Under the pieces are notes generated by a model. The model saw nothing but the letters and a program-made list of their open reading frames with translations, ran no database searches and had not been told where the DNA came from. The position numbers and the translations under genes were made by a program. Shown one piece after another: positions 34,458 through 46,200 of a stretch of 64,000 bases of DNA; within the stretch, counting starts at the first letter, position 1, and the number at the start of each line of letters is the position of its first letter. The stretch is from Entomortierella parvispora E1425 (Eukaryota; Fungi; Mortierellomycota), in NCBI GenBank assembly GCA_020891255.1, contig BQFW01000015.1:1240001-1304000 (forward strand), given 5' to 3'.

Positions 34458-37400
34458 CTACACCATGGCCCATTCTTCTTTTAGCAGCGACAGTCCCCAG
34501 GCCGAGATCTCGCACTGGCCACTGAGCGAGACGATGCCTTTTGCTACCAGGCTGCTTCTTCGACGACTGTTGTGTCGGCCAGGATAGTCTCGGACGAGGC
34601 TCACACCACCAATGGTTCTGGCCCCAGTCGCAACCCCTGCTCCCACTGCCCCAACTGCTCCACCCCCAGCGCCCGGTCCATGAAGTCCAGTAGGACGGGT
34701 ACGCCAACGACCGCCGCCTCTATTGTGAATGACGTCTCCAGGATGAATGCCCGTTTTCAAGTACAGGACCTCATTCAACTCCAATAGCACCGCTGCGGCT
34801 TCCTCATCCTCTGAAAATCGACAGCCCCGGAGAGTATCGGGTGCGTCGTCCGTGCCCCTTTCGTAATCCCTACTATGGCGCCCACATGGGTCCAAGGGGG
34901 AAGTGGAAAACAGGGATGAGGAACACGAAACCTCGGGGTGCTGTCGTTGCTGCTGTTGCTCTTGTTGTTGCTGCAATTCACGCTGCTGCCGAACTTGAAA
35001 CTGGAAGAGTTGCAAGAGCTCTTGTTGGTGCTGAGACGTAAACCACGAGTCCAAGTGAGGAGCGCCAGAGTACCCAACTCGACCGGGGACTACTTCCAGG
35101 ACATCGAATCGCGCTGTCAATTGAATCCGAGCCAACGCGCTATTCCGACGCCGACGATGAAGTAAATGCTGTTGATGACTATGCGATATACTGGAGAACT
35201 CGCTTTGCCTTCGATGCAACAGAGCCGCCGTATTCGATTGTCTCGTTGCAAATGTGAGAGTGTCGACACTGGTGCTATAGGACGATGAGCAGCAGGAAAA
35301 GAGGGTCGAGGATGTGGATGATACTGACGAGCCGAACGATGGTCCTTCTGATTCAGAAGACATGGACGAGAGAGACGTGAGAGTCGATGATGTAGATGCA
35401 TCTGAATTGCAGGACGATATGGACGATATGGATGAGGCTGAATCACGCCGCTTTGAATCCTCCAACATGGTGTTTTCTGCTGCTGGTGCCAGAGCTGACA
35501 TGGTCGGTTGCAGTCGGGGACCAGAGTAAGCTCCAAGTCCACGTCGGACAGGCGAATAGATTGGCTGTACAGCTGCCTGAGGTAGGGGAGTATCAGGTGG
35601 GGTAGGCGCTCCAGCGGCGAGTGACAAAGACTGCTGAAGAGGGGTTGATGGCGTAACCGCTTCTTGGGCTTCATCTCGTGTCCCTTCATCCATGTCTTCC
35701 AACTGAGCGCCTTCGTCCCCTTGGTTATCTGGCTGTGGCGACTGTGGTTCAGATTCAGGTTCTGCGGTCATCGACAGCGGGTTCAAAATAGGTCGCAGGG
35801 CTTCCAAGGATGAGCTCCATGCTGTTGTGACTCCATCACCACAAAAGGAGACATCCAGGGCACAGAGATTTTTGAGCGACATGACTAGAGGAATAATCCC
35901 CGTTAGAGTCATCTTGTCGTTGTAGGAAAGGTCCAGTCGTCGCAAGTTTGGAAACAAGCTGCAATCCTCTTGCTGTTTTCCTTCTTCCACTGCAGTGATA
36001 ACGCCTTTGCCTTTCCGGTCCCTCGCGGATACGAGAGGAGCTGGCCGTGCGGCCAGTCTTGTCAAGCAATCGTCCGTCAACTCGCTGCAGGCGCTAAGAT
36101 CCAGCTCTATCAGAGATCGCGCACACTTCGCCTCTACAAACTGAATAACGCCTGCGTTGCCCAATCGACTCGCCCGAGGAATTGCCAAGACCTCCAGTTG
36201 GGGACAGCAGGCCAAGATCTGGCTCAGGGTCGGTGACTGGATCGCAATCGCATCATCCAGCTTGAGCGACTTGAGACTCGACCCTGTTTTATCGACCAGA
36301 CAGACAATGTCCTCGTGAGTGAGCGAATACGCATCAAAGATTGAGATTTCTTCCAAAGTCGAAGGTAGTGCCTGAAAGAGGCGGGTTGCGGGACTGGCCC
36401 GTTTGGTGGTTGTCGGATGCCATTGAGGTGCCGCTTGTACGGGTGCTGGGCATGTAAACTCGAGCGATACCAAGGATGACAAGTCGCCTCCGGTGCTCGA
36501 GGACGAAAACAATGCTGGTGTGGCTAGGTGGTCCGTGATCGCCATCAGCCCCTTGAACGAGACCCCACGGCATCCAGCTACGCCGATCCTCATCAGCCTT
36601 GCCTTTTGAGTCAAGGCCATCTTCTTTTCATTGCTCAGTCGCACGTTCTTTCCTGAATTCTTCAGCAGGGCCAAAAGAGCCCGGTCGCTAATCCGGGAGC
36701 ATTTTCCGAGATTGATTCTCTTTAGTCGTGTGCACTGGTGGGCCAATTCTTCGATGGCCTCGTCCGTGATGAGTCCACAGCTATGTAAGCATAGGTCTTC
36801 GAGTTGGCTGCATAGTTGGGCCACCACTTGGACAGTCAAATTCGTTATGAGTCGGCATTCTGTCAAGTCAATCCGTTGAAGATAAGGCGAAGAGAGGGTG
36901 ATGAGTTGGATCACAGAAACGTCTGTCAGGGCCACGCAGTGATTCAGGAGGATCGACGTCAGATGTGACAGAGAGGTTGACATGGAGAAGAGATGTCGGT
37001 CCGTGATGCAGGATGGCAGGTACGGGAAGGGTCTTGGTCCTTGACAGTCGCTCGTGCCAGCCAACGACAACGTCCTGATATAACTCCTTCCTGCAAACCC
37101 AACGGGTCCTATTCATGACCAAAGAGTTCAAAAAGAAAAGGAAAACAACTCGTTAAAGTGAGAAAAAGTCATTTGTCAAACCCTTTCTCCATCTACTTTT
37201 CTCTACGCCCTTCGTCTGGTCTTTCCCGCAACTGTCTGTGGGAGTATCCGGTTTATGTTCCGTCCTCTCCTTCTCTTTCCTTTCTTTCTCTCATCCTCTC
37301 TCTCTTGCATCAGTGTTTTTAGGTTGGGCAGGCTTGGGTGTGGGGTAGGACAAAAAAAAAAAAAAGGAATTGTGTTTGCTTTGCTCTTCTCTCGGGTCCC

Positions 37401-38820
37401 CCCACATGCATATTCATTAATGGCCCAATGGTCAGGTGCCATTTGATAAAGCAAAAAAAAAAAAAAAGAAGTTGCAAGGAGAAAAAACTCGGACAAGAAT
37501 GCCGATGTCAATTGTTTGTGTATGTGCGTGTCTCTCCGTGCGCGGATGAGGTTTTTTTTTGTCATTGCCATTGTCGTTATCATCGTCCGTTGCTGTTGTT
37601 GTCCTCATTCCAGTGGGAACTTCTGGGTCCATCGATAAGGAACAAACAAACAAGGAAAGAAAAGGTAGTAAAGAAAGGAAAGAGGAGACCGAGGCCCGCC
37701 CAAAAGAAAAGAAAAGAAAAAAGGCGGTGTGGATAGGTGAGCATAGCGGAATCGTGCATTCGCCCTCCCTCCGTCGCCCCTGCGTTTACACTTGCCCATT
37801 GACCCCTCCTTTCGATTCCCCACTTTCTTTCCTTCCCCTGTTCATAATTGTACGACCTCTTCCAGTTTATCCTCAGGATCAGTGGTCGTAGAGAAACGGG
37901 AACAAAACAAAAAAAAAAAAAAAAGAGGAAAGGGAATGGGTTAAAAATAAAAATGGCTGTGTGGAGAAAGTCAGGGAAAATACGGGGAGACCGAGAAGAT
38001 TCTCGGGGTTTTTTACCTGGACTAGGAGAGCAAAGCAAAGAAGATAGTTCTGTTGACGATGATGATGACGATACGGAGGATGAGGGGGACGATGACAAAG
38101 AACTAGGGGAAGAAGACAGGGGGGATTCCCCGGACAGGGCTGAACGCCTCGACGGCCTAAGAATAGCCATGGACGGCGAAGTGAACGAGTCCAAGGACGT
38201 TGACTTTGACGATGTTGTCAACGATGATAATGACGATAATGACCCCTGACTGTGCAGTTGAACAACGCTGTCGTTGTCGGTGTCATCGTCTGTCCGGAAA
38301 ATATTATTGTCATGATCCCCTTCGCCTCCTCGTTTGGGTCGGTTGCTGATGTTGTATCGACCATAGGCTGAGGTCAAGGGCTCGGCTCCTAGGTATGAAA
38401 AGGAAGAATCTAATGCCCGGCCAAAGTCGATAAACGACTCGACACTCTGAAGGTCAACCTCTCTCCACAATGTATCGACCGCAGCGTAGTACCCTAAGAG
38501 CGAGCAAAATCCATCATATCATTGTCCATCATGGAAGGTACAAGGTGGATTGAGGAGGGAAGAAGGATAGCGTCAGCAATGGGACAACAATCCACCAATC
38601 ACCCCTTGGGAACAATTCAGCAGGATTATTTATGCCAAAATTTACAGTCATGACAGACAAGAGCGCAGACGAGGATGTCGGACCGTTGAAGGGATAGAGA
38701 GGAGGAGAATGAGATGGAAGATGTAGAGGAGTGACGATGTTGCGGTCGTTGTTCGAGATTGTAAAATATTTTGACAAGGAGCTCATGAGGGAGCATCGAA
38801 GCCAGGGACAGGAGTGACAT
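34458..38820 (-). CDS. F-box and leucine-rich repeat protein (FBXL/AMN1-like Cys-containing LRRs), about 1094 aa; exons 38820-38646, 38493-38017, 37090-34458
   Basis: F-box MLPHELLVKIFYNL...ILVCALVCHD-WYYAAVDTLWREVDL. LRR-CC repeats LQRIDLTECRLITNLTV, LEDLCLHSCGLITDEAI, LKRINLGKCSRISDRAL. Total 3285 nt in frame. Extra small exons in the 926-nt intron cannot be excluded. Confidence 0.85.
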
Positions 38821-39425
38821 GGGTGCAGGGGTATAGAAGCAAAGCAGGAAGGGGTATCGACGTTGAGAGGGCAGCAAGGGAAAAGTGCGTGTGAACAAGA
38901 GTGAGTGTGTGCGAGGGCAACGTGAGAGAGGACAAGAATTCTTGGGGAGAAGAAAGAGAAGAAAAGAATCAGTGGGCCGGTGGGAAATGGCCAAGAAAAC
39001 AAAGAGAAGGAGGGATGGATGCGCTGTGGAGTTGCACAAACAAGGGCCTTTTTGTGTTTCTCCGGAGGTGGGCAAGGGTGCAGTCAGGTCGAGAACAGGC
39101 AGGGGGGACGGCAGGAGGGATCACCACCGTCCCACAAAGGCAGGGCAGAAGCACCCAGCAGCAGCCAAGCAAACCAACAGCAACCATTGCAGAAACACAA
39201 CGAAGCGACACCTTCGTGTTTGGCGAATAATAAAGCGCGCGCGTGCTGGGGTGGTGGCGCGTGATGTCTGTGTGTCTGTGACAGAGGGAAAAAAGGGAGG
39301 GAAAGTAATATTCTCTTTCTTTTTTTTTTTTTTTTTTTGCCGCCAAAACGACAGAGAGGGGACAGGGAGGGAGAAAGTGAGGCCTGCGGTCCAGTGTGTC
39401 CGTCCGTCCGTCCATCTGTCTGTCC

Positions 39426-39427
39426 GC

Positions 39428-39462
<35 letters not shown>

Positions 39463-39466
39463 GCTG
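39426..39466. repeat. (GTT)n microsatellite, about 12-13 units
   Basis: Read directly; it produces the poly-C/V/L/N ORFs in the track. Confidence 0.9.
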
Positions 39467-39852
39467 TCCCCTGTCTTCATCACTCCACTTTACACCCTTC
39501 TCAGTCCCATTTGTCAGTTCCTATTTGTGTTGCTGGCCCATCTGCAGCTGTGCATTGGCCTACTACACAGAGCAGAGATCTTCTCCTCGCAGACGCCAGT
39601 CCTCTCGATCTATGTTGCCGAGCCCTCGTCCACATGTTTTCGTTTTCGTTGTTTTTTCCGGTCTTCTCCTCGGACAAAGTCCGGTGTATTACATATTTAT
39701 TATTGAGTGGTTCATCATATTATACAGTGGTGGATGTGGAGCAAGCAAGCAGAGAGGAGAAGCGAGATGGAGAGAAGGAGGGGTAAGGTTGCTCTGTTGG
39801 TCAGGCAAGGAGGACCCTTTCATTCACACACACACACATTCTCTCCCTTCAG

Positions 39853-42209
39853 TCATACAGCGGCGGTCTTGACGGCCTTTGCTCCCCGATCGGGCACTGG
39901 GGGCAAGAAATCAAGTAAAGGTCTGCTTTGGATCTTGTCCTCTGCAGAATTCGTGATCCAGGTGGGCAAGTTGAAGAGGATTTTGCGCTTCATGTCTGCT
40001 GTGATCCCCTGCGAGTTCATCACATGCGAAAACAAATGTGAAGTCTGAACTGCGTTCTTGGCAATCGGACACCGCTGTTCGTAGTACGCCTTGAATGCAG
40101 CACAATAGTCCTCGTGGCTACTTTGGGTGGGGAGACGATACAATAGATTCACGAGACAGATCACGTCCAAGATAGCTTGCTCTGCGCCCTGGCCAGAGAA
40201 CGGAACAAACTGAGGTAGCACCGATAAAACGAACGAAAAACATTAGCAATCGGTAAAAAAAAAAAAAGGCAGTAAGAGGGAGGGAACGTTGAGCTCATCC
40301 TAGTAGCGGTTTGCCCGTTGTGAAAAAAAAGAGGTTACCTTGTGGCAGGCTTCGGGACAAGAATGTATTCATTCGCGGTAGTAAGAGAAGAGACAGAGAA
40401 TAAGTCGTCTTGTTTTTGCAGCATTCAGGGGTGAACAGTAGAAGGCATCCTTCCTTACCTTCTCCAATCAAGACGGTTCGTCCGTGGTACCATGTCTTGT
40501 AGTGCTATTGACAACCACAAGGTCAATGACCCAAAGAAAAAAGGTCAGTTCAAGATTTGACCCACACAGGTCAAGAAAGCTCCTGCGAAGTATGAGAGCT
40601 TGCCCGATTTACCTTCTCCTCGACCATGACCTTGGTCACGTACTCTCGGGGAGTCAGCTCGATCAGGTCCGCGAGCGTGCCTCCCCAAGGGATAGGAATG
40701 TCCTGAATCAATGCACACACTGCATCCACCGATTCTGGCCCAAACTCGGACTGTTTGAAGTTTTCGCTCAATTCAGACCCCTCGGGTGTCAGCAGTTTGC
40801 CCGAGACGGACCATGCGATCCTGTTTGAAAAGGTCGGTGATAGCCAGAGCGTGTAGGGCTGATCCTTGCCCACCACAATGTTGACCTCAGCAAACTCGCC
40901 CCCTGCGGCAGGGAATCGATCCAGGTCCTCGATTGACTTGGTTACGCCAATGATACTGTTTTGCATAAACCTCAAGGCCTCTGTGTCCGATTTCGGCAAG
41001 AGATCCTTTCTCTTTAGCTTTTGATATAGGTTCTGTCTGCATAACAAAGGGCAGTCGTTGCCTGCTATTAATATCAGAATCAACATGCACAGAATGATCT
41101 AGGGGCCATTGTCAAAAACATACCTGACGGCACTGTAGGCACCATCGGCCCCGATGAGGATGCTGGCCTGTTCTACGTGTCCGTTTGCACAGCGACATTG
41201 AACGCCTGCATTCCCGGACACGATCTCAAGCACGTACTTGTTCCAGAGGATCTTGCCCTTTGGCAACTGTGAAACCAAGATCTGGCAAAACTCTGTGCGC
41301 GAGGCAATGCAGGAGTAATGGCCGTACCTGAGAATGAAGATGAAAATAAAAAAAAATAGCTTCAGCCGTTAGATCGGTCGATCCACTGTTTCTCTTTCTT
41401 GATTCTGTCCTTCACTCTCCTCTGCTCTCTGCTGTCCAGAGAGGCGTGGTATTTGCAAATTGCACTGAGGTCATACATCGTCCTCCGCTTGTCCTCCGCC
41501 CATTTCACGCCGTAACCCTATTGCGGATTCACTTTTTTTTATGTTCCTTCCCTTCTGTTCGAATTCTTTTAGCCGTGCTCTCTCTTTCTCTCCCTCCCAC
41601 ATCCACGCAAGAGCCAGAGACCAACGCCATGTGGCCCTTTTCTGCATATAATTTCTCTCTGTCTCGTTTCCTTCTCTTTTTGGGCGCGCGGCTCTCAATC
41701 AAAGTGGGAAACTGAAAAGACAGGTATTAACAAACGCAGTGACACCTTTTCGTCTTCGTTTTTTACCTCTCTTTGTAAAATGTTGCGTCCATCGTGCCAA
41801 CGATCGACATGTCTTGTTTTCGCAACTTGACTGTTGCCACTGGCTTGGAAATCCTGATCACATCGTCCAGCAATCCCAGCTGTTCAATCGCCCTCAACGT
41901 GTTGGCAGAGAGTTGGATCGTGGATTTGGGGGGTGCCAGCTGGGTCATACGTTCCAAGACCACATAGTCGATCCCGGCTCGTTCTAGGCACACGGCCATC
42001 ATCAGTCCTCCAACGCCAGCACCGACGATCAGGACTTTGAACGGGGGTGGAGGACGACTGCTCGTGTCTGAAGAGGATGTGGTGCTGGCAGCAGACGAGA
42101 TGGTGGTGGTGGTGGTGTTGGTGGTGGTAATGGTGAAGGTGGAGGGCGTTGGCCTCGCAGACTGTGAGGGTCGAAAGCTCTCTGACGATTTTGATTTGGA
42201 GAAGGGCAT
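39853..42209 (-). CDS. FAD-dependent monooxygenase (FAD_binding_3; zeaxanthin epoxidase/salicylate hydroxylase-like), 494 aa; exons 42209-41767, 41327-41124, 41036-40613, 40504-40459, 40349-40339, 40209-39853
   Basis: VLIVGAGVGGL dinucleotide fold, LIGADGAYSAVR DG motif, and TWYHGRTVLIGEACHKFVPFSGQGAEQAILD GD-type motif. Six exons in frame. Confidence 0.9.
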
Positions 42210-43248
42210 ACTGTAGCAGAGTGGGCGAGGAAGAGGAAGGAGAGGAAGGAGAAGAGAGGAGAATGAGAGTCCAAGCAGGTCAAATAACGCGTGGGTCGTG
42301 GTGGTGGTTGTGTTGATATCGTTCTTGTTGTGCTCAATACTGCAAGGATGGGAATGCGAAGGTGAATGAAGAATAGATGGAAACGAGGAGCAATGGAGGG
42401 AGCTGAATGGCCAATGCAGGTCAAGAAGACAGGAGGACAAGAAGACAAGAGGACAAGAGGACAAGAAGACAAAAGAAGAACGGCTGCTCTCGCCCGCCCT
42501 CGGCTTACCTTCCACGCCCCTGTCCGTCTTCACGGTTTGTCGTCGCTGGGGCACTGCTGAGAGCGCTCTCTGTTTCTTTTTCGTTCATTCGTGCCTGTCT
42601 CTCTTCTTTTGTCTCGTTCAGTCTGTTGGCGGATTCGCGTGCTTCACCCAAACAGAGTCTTCTTGGGTGCCACCAGCAGCAGAACTAAAAGCATACCATC
42701 GCCACACTTGGACACAACATACACAACATGCGCTGACCGATGGGCCGTTTCTGTCTCTCAAACATGGCTCTCTCTTTCTCTCCCTTTTTCCTGGGTTTGC
42801 TTGCTCAGTTGAAACACTCCGCCGCACACATCCTCATCAAAGTCCTTTTGCTTCAATCTCCTTTGGCCGACAGCTGCAGCCACACTGACCACAAGTTGGC
42901 TGCAAACAGGTAGGGGTAATTAAAACAACCCACAAAAAACATAATTGCTCTCCAGAAAGGACCATGGTCGCACAATCCAAGAAAGGGATGGGGGAGTATC
43001 GACAAACAGGTGTCCAGCTGGGAAGGAAGGACAGATCGTGCTCTTTCCAACATCGGCGCCGTTGCCAGGTCCGCCGTGAGATCATGCAGAAACCAATACA
43101 TGGTCCATTCTCGAGGTTTCTGGCGGAACATTAAGTATCTAGACAGCCGCCCGATTTGTTTGTTATTTATTGAAATGCAGAAAAAAAAGTACTTTTGGGG
43201 GAAATGATGATGCGGCTTGAACTTGCTCTCACTCCATTGCGCCATCAA

Positions 43249-46200
43249 TTAGGCATAGCGCGTAAAGTCCAGCATCGGCTCCAGGCTCATGATACCACTC
43301 TGTTGCTGTCCGCCGGAAGCATTCGATCCGCCGCCGCCTCCCGCCGTGCCAAGTCCCCCAGAGTTGTTTGCACTCGAGGACATCGATGCGGATCCTATGC
43401 CACCAAGACCAAGGCCAAGTCCCAAGCCCATGTTCGAACTGTTCCCGACAGAGGGTCCGCTTCCAGAAGATCCACCGGTGTTGGCTGTTCTCGATCCGGG
43501 TCCTCCCGTTCCAGCGGGAGTCGACGAGCCAGTGTTCGAGCCAGCTCCGCTGCCACTGCTGACTCCGCCGGCTCCTCCTTGTCCCGTGCCTGTACCAGAG
43601 GCAGCCAAGGCGGCCGCCGCTACGAGTCTCTCCTTCACGCGCTTGATCTGTCGAAGTCGCTCTTGCCAATTGGACACATACTCGACTCGATTCTGCAAAT
43701 GCTGGTAGTACACTTGGGCATAGATATTGGCGTGAAGGGCCATCTGTCGCGTAAAGCTGGCCAGCTCAGAAGCACTGACAATTTTGGGAGTCGCCAGTGG
43801 CCCAATCTCGGGCATGTCTGGTCGACGCAACATCACCACTTTGAACCAGACATTCTTGGACGGCTGGACAATTCCGGTAGAGGCGCTAGGATAGGCGCCT
43901 GAAGCTGCCGTTGAGCTCGGACCTGTAGCCACCGAATTATCGTCTGGGTTGCTGCTCATAATCGAGGGCTCCGTGCTCTCTGCTCGCTGTTGTTGCTGTT
44001 GTTGCTGGTACTGCTGGTTGAGACGACTCACATTGGCCACAGTGGTGATGGACGCCATGGATACCGGCGTCACCACAACTGTCATGAAATTAAACTGTCC
44101 CGAGATCGTTCCAAAGTCGTAATCTGAGCCAGACTCATTGAAGACAATCGTCACCCAGTCGTTTCCAATATGACGCTTCTTGCCATCGCAGTTGACATCG
44201 TGCGGGTAGTTGGGCATCATGGTTGCTACATGGAAAATCATCTGTGTGATTTCGTCCTGGTGAGAATAAGCGTACTTGCCATCGAAATCCATCTCCAGAT
44301 CCAATCCACCTGCGTATATCTTGGAGTTCTTAAGTCGCACCAATGAACCCAAGCCGGTAAGGAATTTCGTGTACTCGGACGATCCATGCGTATTGCTCAA
44401 GATCTCGCCCTCCTTGCTCTGACCCTTGCCCACATAGAGAACACCGATCTTGTGAAAATCGACTACGGGGGTCCTATCCAGTACACCGAGAGCACGATTG
44501 GTCGCGTCGTCTTCAACGAGCAAGAACGGCACCTCTCGCGCCAGCGGATCTGGATAGGAGGTCATCTGCATAAATACAAAGCTTGGATCCACATATGTCT
44601 CCATTTTTGCCTTTGAGAACGGTCGCGTGCTCTCAGTATTGCTGTCCACGGTCTGGGGTCGATGGTCGTCCTGTGTCAGAGCAAAGCGCTGTGCTCTGCC
44701 CAATGCGGTCGTAATACTGTTGTTGCGCGATGGCACCAGTGAAATCGATCGCCGCACGTCTTCGCGCCTGATGTTCCCAATAGAATGAGACAGAAGTGAC
44801 TTTGTCTGCTCCAATGCACCGCCCAAGGGTCCTCGACTCAACTCTGCATGCTTTACCCCTGTCTTTTGAGACGCTCCAGTATGTTCAGATGCTGATTTGG
44901 ACCGACCAAGACCAGCCATCACATTTGCCGCAGAGGTCGATACCGATGCGGTCGGTGTTGTAAAGGTTGCTGGGTCAATGTGCAGGGGTGGACGGCTCTC
45001 GCGGATGTCAACATCACCAGAGCCATCGTCTTGACTATGACCATAGGGTGCAGAGGAATCATGCAGTGGATGCAATGAAGGTGAAGAGAATACAGCAACG
45101 TGTTCAGTGGGGGCGGTTTGCACGCGATGGTGCCCTGCCTCAAACGTCAGTTTCGATGGGACGGCGTTCATGTACGACCTTGAAGGTGGCGAGCTTGAGG
45201 GTGTGTTATCACCAGATGGCAACGGGGATGCCTTGGGAGTGTGCCGAGGGGTATGCATAGGAGAGTGCAGAGGTGTGTGTAATGGCGTGTGGTGAGGTGT
45301 TGATCTTGGAGATAGCCACGACGGTCTGACATCGTTCAGCCTTTGTTGAAGTCCTGATACTGCTGCGAGATGCTGGGCTGCCTCTTCGCGGGTGTCTGTT
45401 TCCAAGGGCAATCCAGAGTCTGTGGAAAGGTCCTTTTCGGATGCTGATGGACGGCGAGATTGCTCCGCACTGTCCGTGGCCAAAGCATCCTCCTGCATCC
45501 TCAGCAAACCTGGCAGCGATGTAATGTCCAGATCGTCCGACGAGTCAATAAACATGTCATTCTCAATCTTCAGGAGGAAAGACACCGTTCCAGAGGCTCT
45601 TCGTACAGTGATTTCAGCCCAACCAACGCTTTGTGCTGTTCGGACAGTGATAAACGAGGTTCCTTGAAGCCAAGTCTTGGTCACAAGTTTCGCATTCTTG
45701 CCCGATGGTCCGATCAAAAGCTGCTGCATCAGGGACGGCTTTGGCTTGGGTCCGCAATTAGCAAAAGAGTAACGGGCCAACATATCCAAGCAAGTTTCTG
45801 TCTGCTCATCCACGCGCCTGCCCTGCTCGCTGGCCATAAGGAGATTCCGTGTGATATATGGCACATATTTTCGGCGTTCGGGAAGTCTCTGAAGCATGAA
45901 CCAGACATCGATAACTTGATATGCCATTATCAAAACATATTGAGGAAGCGCACGAGCGCCGACAGAGAGCTGTGTTGATGACGTTGGAGTAGCGATAGGC
46001 GATGACGCAGCAGATGACGGGGTAGATGGCGATGGCGAGGCAGCTATGCTTTGGGTATACTGGATGTACTTCAAGGCGATACCAAACACGCGCCTGTAAT
46101 CATCCTCCACGAAATTGGAGTAGAGCATCGGCAATCGCGCAACTGTAGAGAGGAACTCGAGAATATGAACACTGATCGTCGCTGTGGACATGATTTGGGA

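Noticed and set aside
37203-39872. ORFs with poly-N, poly-C, poly-V or poly-K runs
   Set aside because: Intronic or intergenic poly-A/T and (GTT)n tracts, or antisense to the F-box/LRR gene.
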